NCBI GenBank assembly: GCA_031416075.1
Contig: JANOSY010000077.1
Location: forward strand, 1-14,085
DNA: 14,085 nt
Reading direction: 5' to 3'
Source: Candidatus Tenderia sp.
GTDB taxonomy: Bacteria; Pseudomonadota; Gammaproteobacteria; Tenderiales; Tenderiaceae
Part shown: piece by piece, positions 13,501 through 14,085 of the stretch
Numbering within the stretch: position 1 is the stretch's first letter
How the letters are laid out: every line of letters starts with the position of its first letter
Position numbers and translations under genes: made by a program
Notes under the pieces: model-generated
What the model was told of the DNA's origin: nothing
What the model saw: the letters and a program-made list of their open reading frames with translations, nothing else
The model's database searches: none

Positions 13501-14085
13501 CTACTGTGTGGTAACGCGGACACTGTATGCGCCAGCGAGCGTCGTCGTCGCATTATTGTGGGCCACTGCGATGTAATAGGTACCACCCGCGCCCGCCGTC
13601 ACCGTGAATTCCGTTTGACGCGAAACGTTGCCAACACCATTGGGTGCGCACTGTTTCGTGATCTCATCCCCATTGTTATTCTGCACGACCAGATAAAGGC
13701 CAGAATAATGAGGGCCACCGGTACAGGCTGCGCCAGATTGATTGGCCAACACCGCCGCAACGTCGAATAACTCGATCACGTAGGTGACGCCTGCGGTGGC
13801 TTGAAAGCGGTACCAATCCACATCGGCGTTCACCGTGTGGTTCACCGATGAGCGACGTGCTTCGATGGTGCTGGTAAACGCATTGCTCAACCCCACCTGC
13901 AACTGATAGGCATTGGCCGCGACGTTATTCGGCTCGTGGGTCGCGTCCCACGCCGCGGCCGCGTTATCGTGCTTGGGCAGGATGCGGATACTGTAGGCGC
14001 CAGTGAGCGTCGTCGCCGCACTATTGTGGGCCACCTTGATGTAATAGGCACCACTCGCCGCCGCCGTGAATTGCGTTTGGCTCGC
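13501..14085 (-). CDS. 3' end of a probably extracellular protein with tandem pre-peptidase C-terminal (PPC)-like beta-domains (partial)
   Basis: Frame is open to the window edge (195 codons including the stop). EPNN...DVDWYRF...GVTYVIE...GTYYIAV..GAYSVRV pattern with a 468-bp (156-aa) internal repeat period. Confidence 0.75.
   Translation of the reverse strand, partial: ASQTQFTAAASGAYYIKVAHNSAATTLTGAYSIRILPKHDNAAAAWDATHEPNNVAANAYQLQVGLSNAFTSTIEARRSSVNHTVNADVDWYRFQATAGVTYVIELFDVAAVLANQSGAACTGGPHYSGLYLVVQNNNGDEITKQCAPNGVGNVSRQTEFTVTAGAGGTYYIAVAHNNATTTLAGAYSVRVTTQ

Overview
Bacterial (Gammaproteobacteria-like) window with a decaying mobile island at about 1-4908 and mostly chromosomal-type genes at about 4909-14085. 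The island holds an IS21-family istB 3' remnant and right end, an intact mazEF-type toxin-antitoxin pair, a broken ICE-type SNF2-like helicase and an IS21-family left end with an istA 5' stub. An IS110-family (IS1111 subgroup) element is nested in a 9-bp hairpin of that IS21 left end. The 3' non-coding region of the IS1111 element has bridge-RNA/seekRNA-like stem-loops with segments matching both insertion junctions, and its joined ends would form a sigma70 promoter. To the right are a truncated polysaccharide deacetylase, an orphan GspE/PilB ATPase with four MshEN-like repeats, a truncated-hemoglobin + 2Fe-2S/FAD reductase pair with an NsrR-like box, prfC, an MDR oxidoreductase, a RAYT-type Y1 transposase and the 3' end of a PPC-like repeat protein. 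Family assignments come from motif recognition only; no searches were run.
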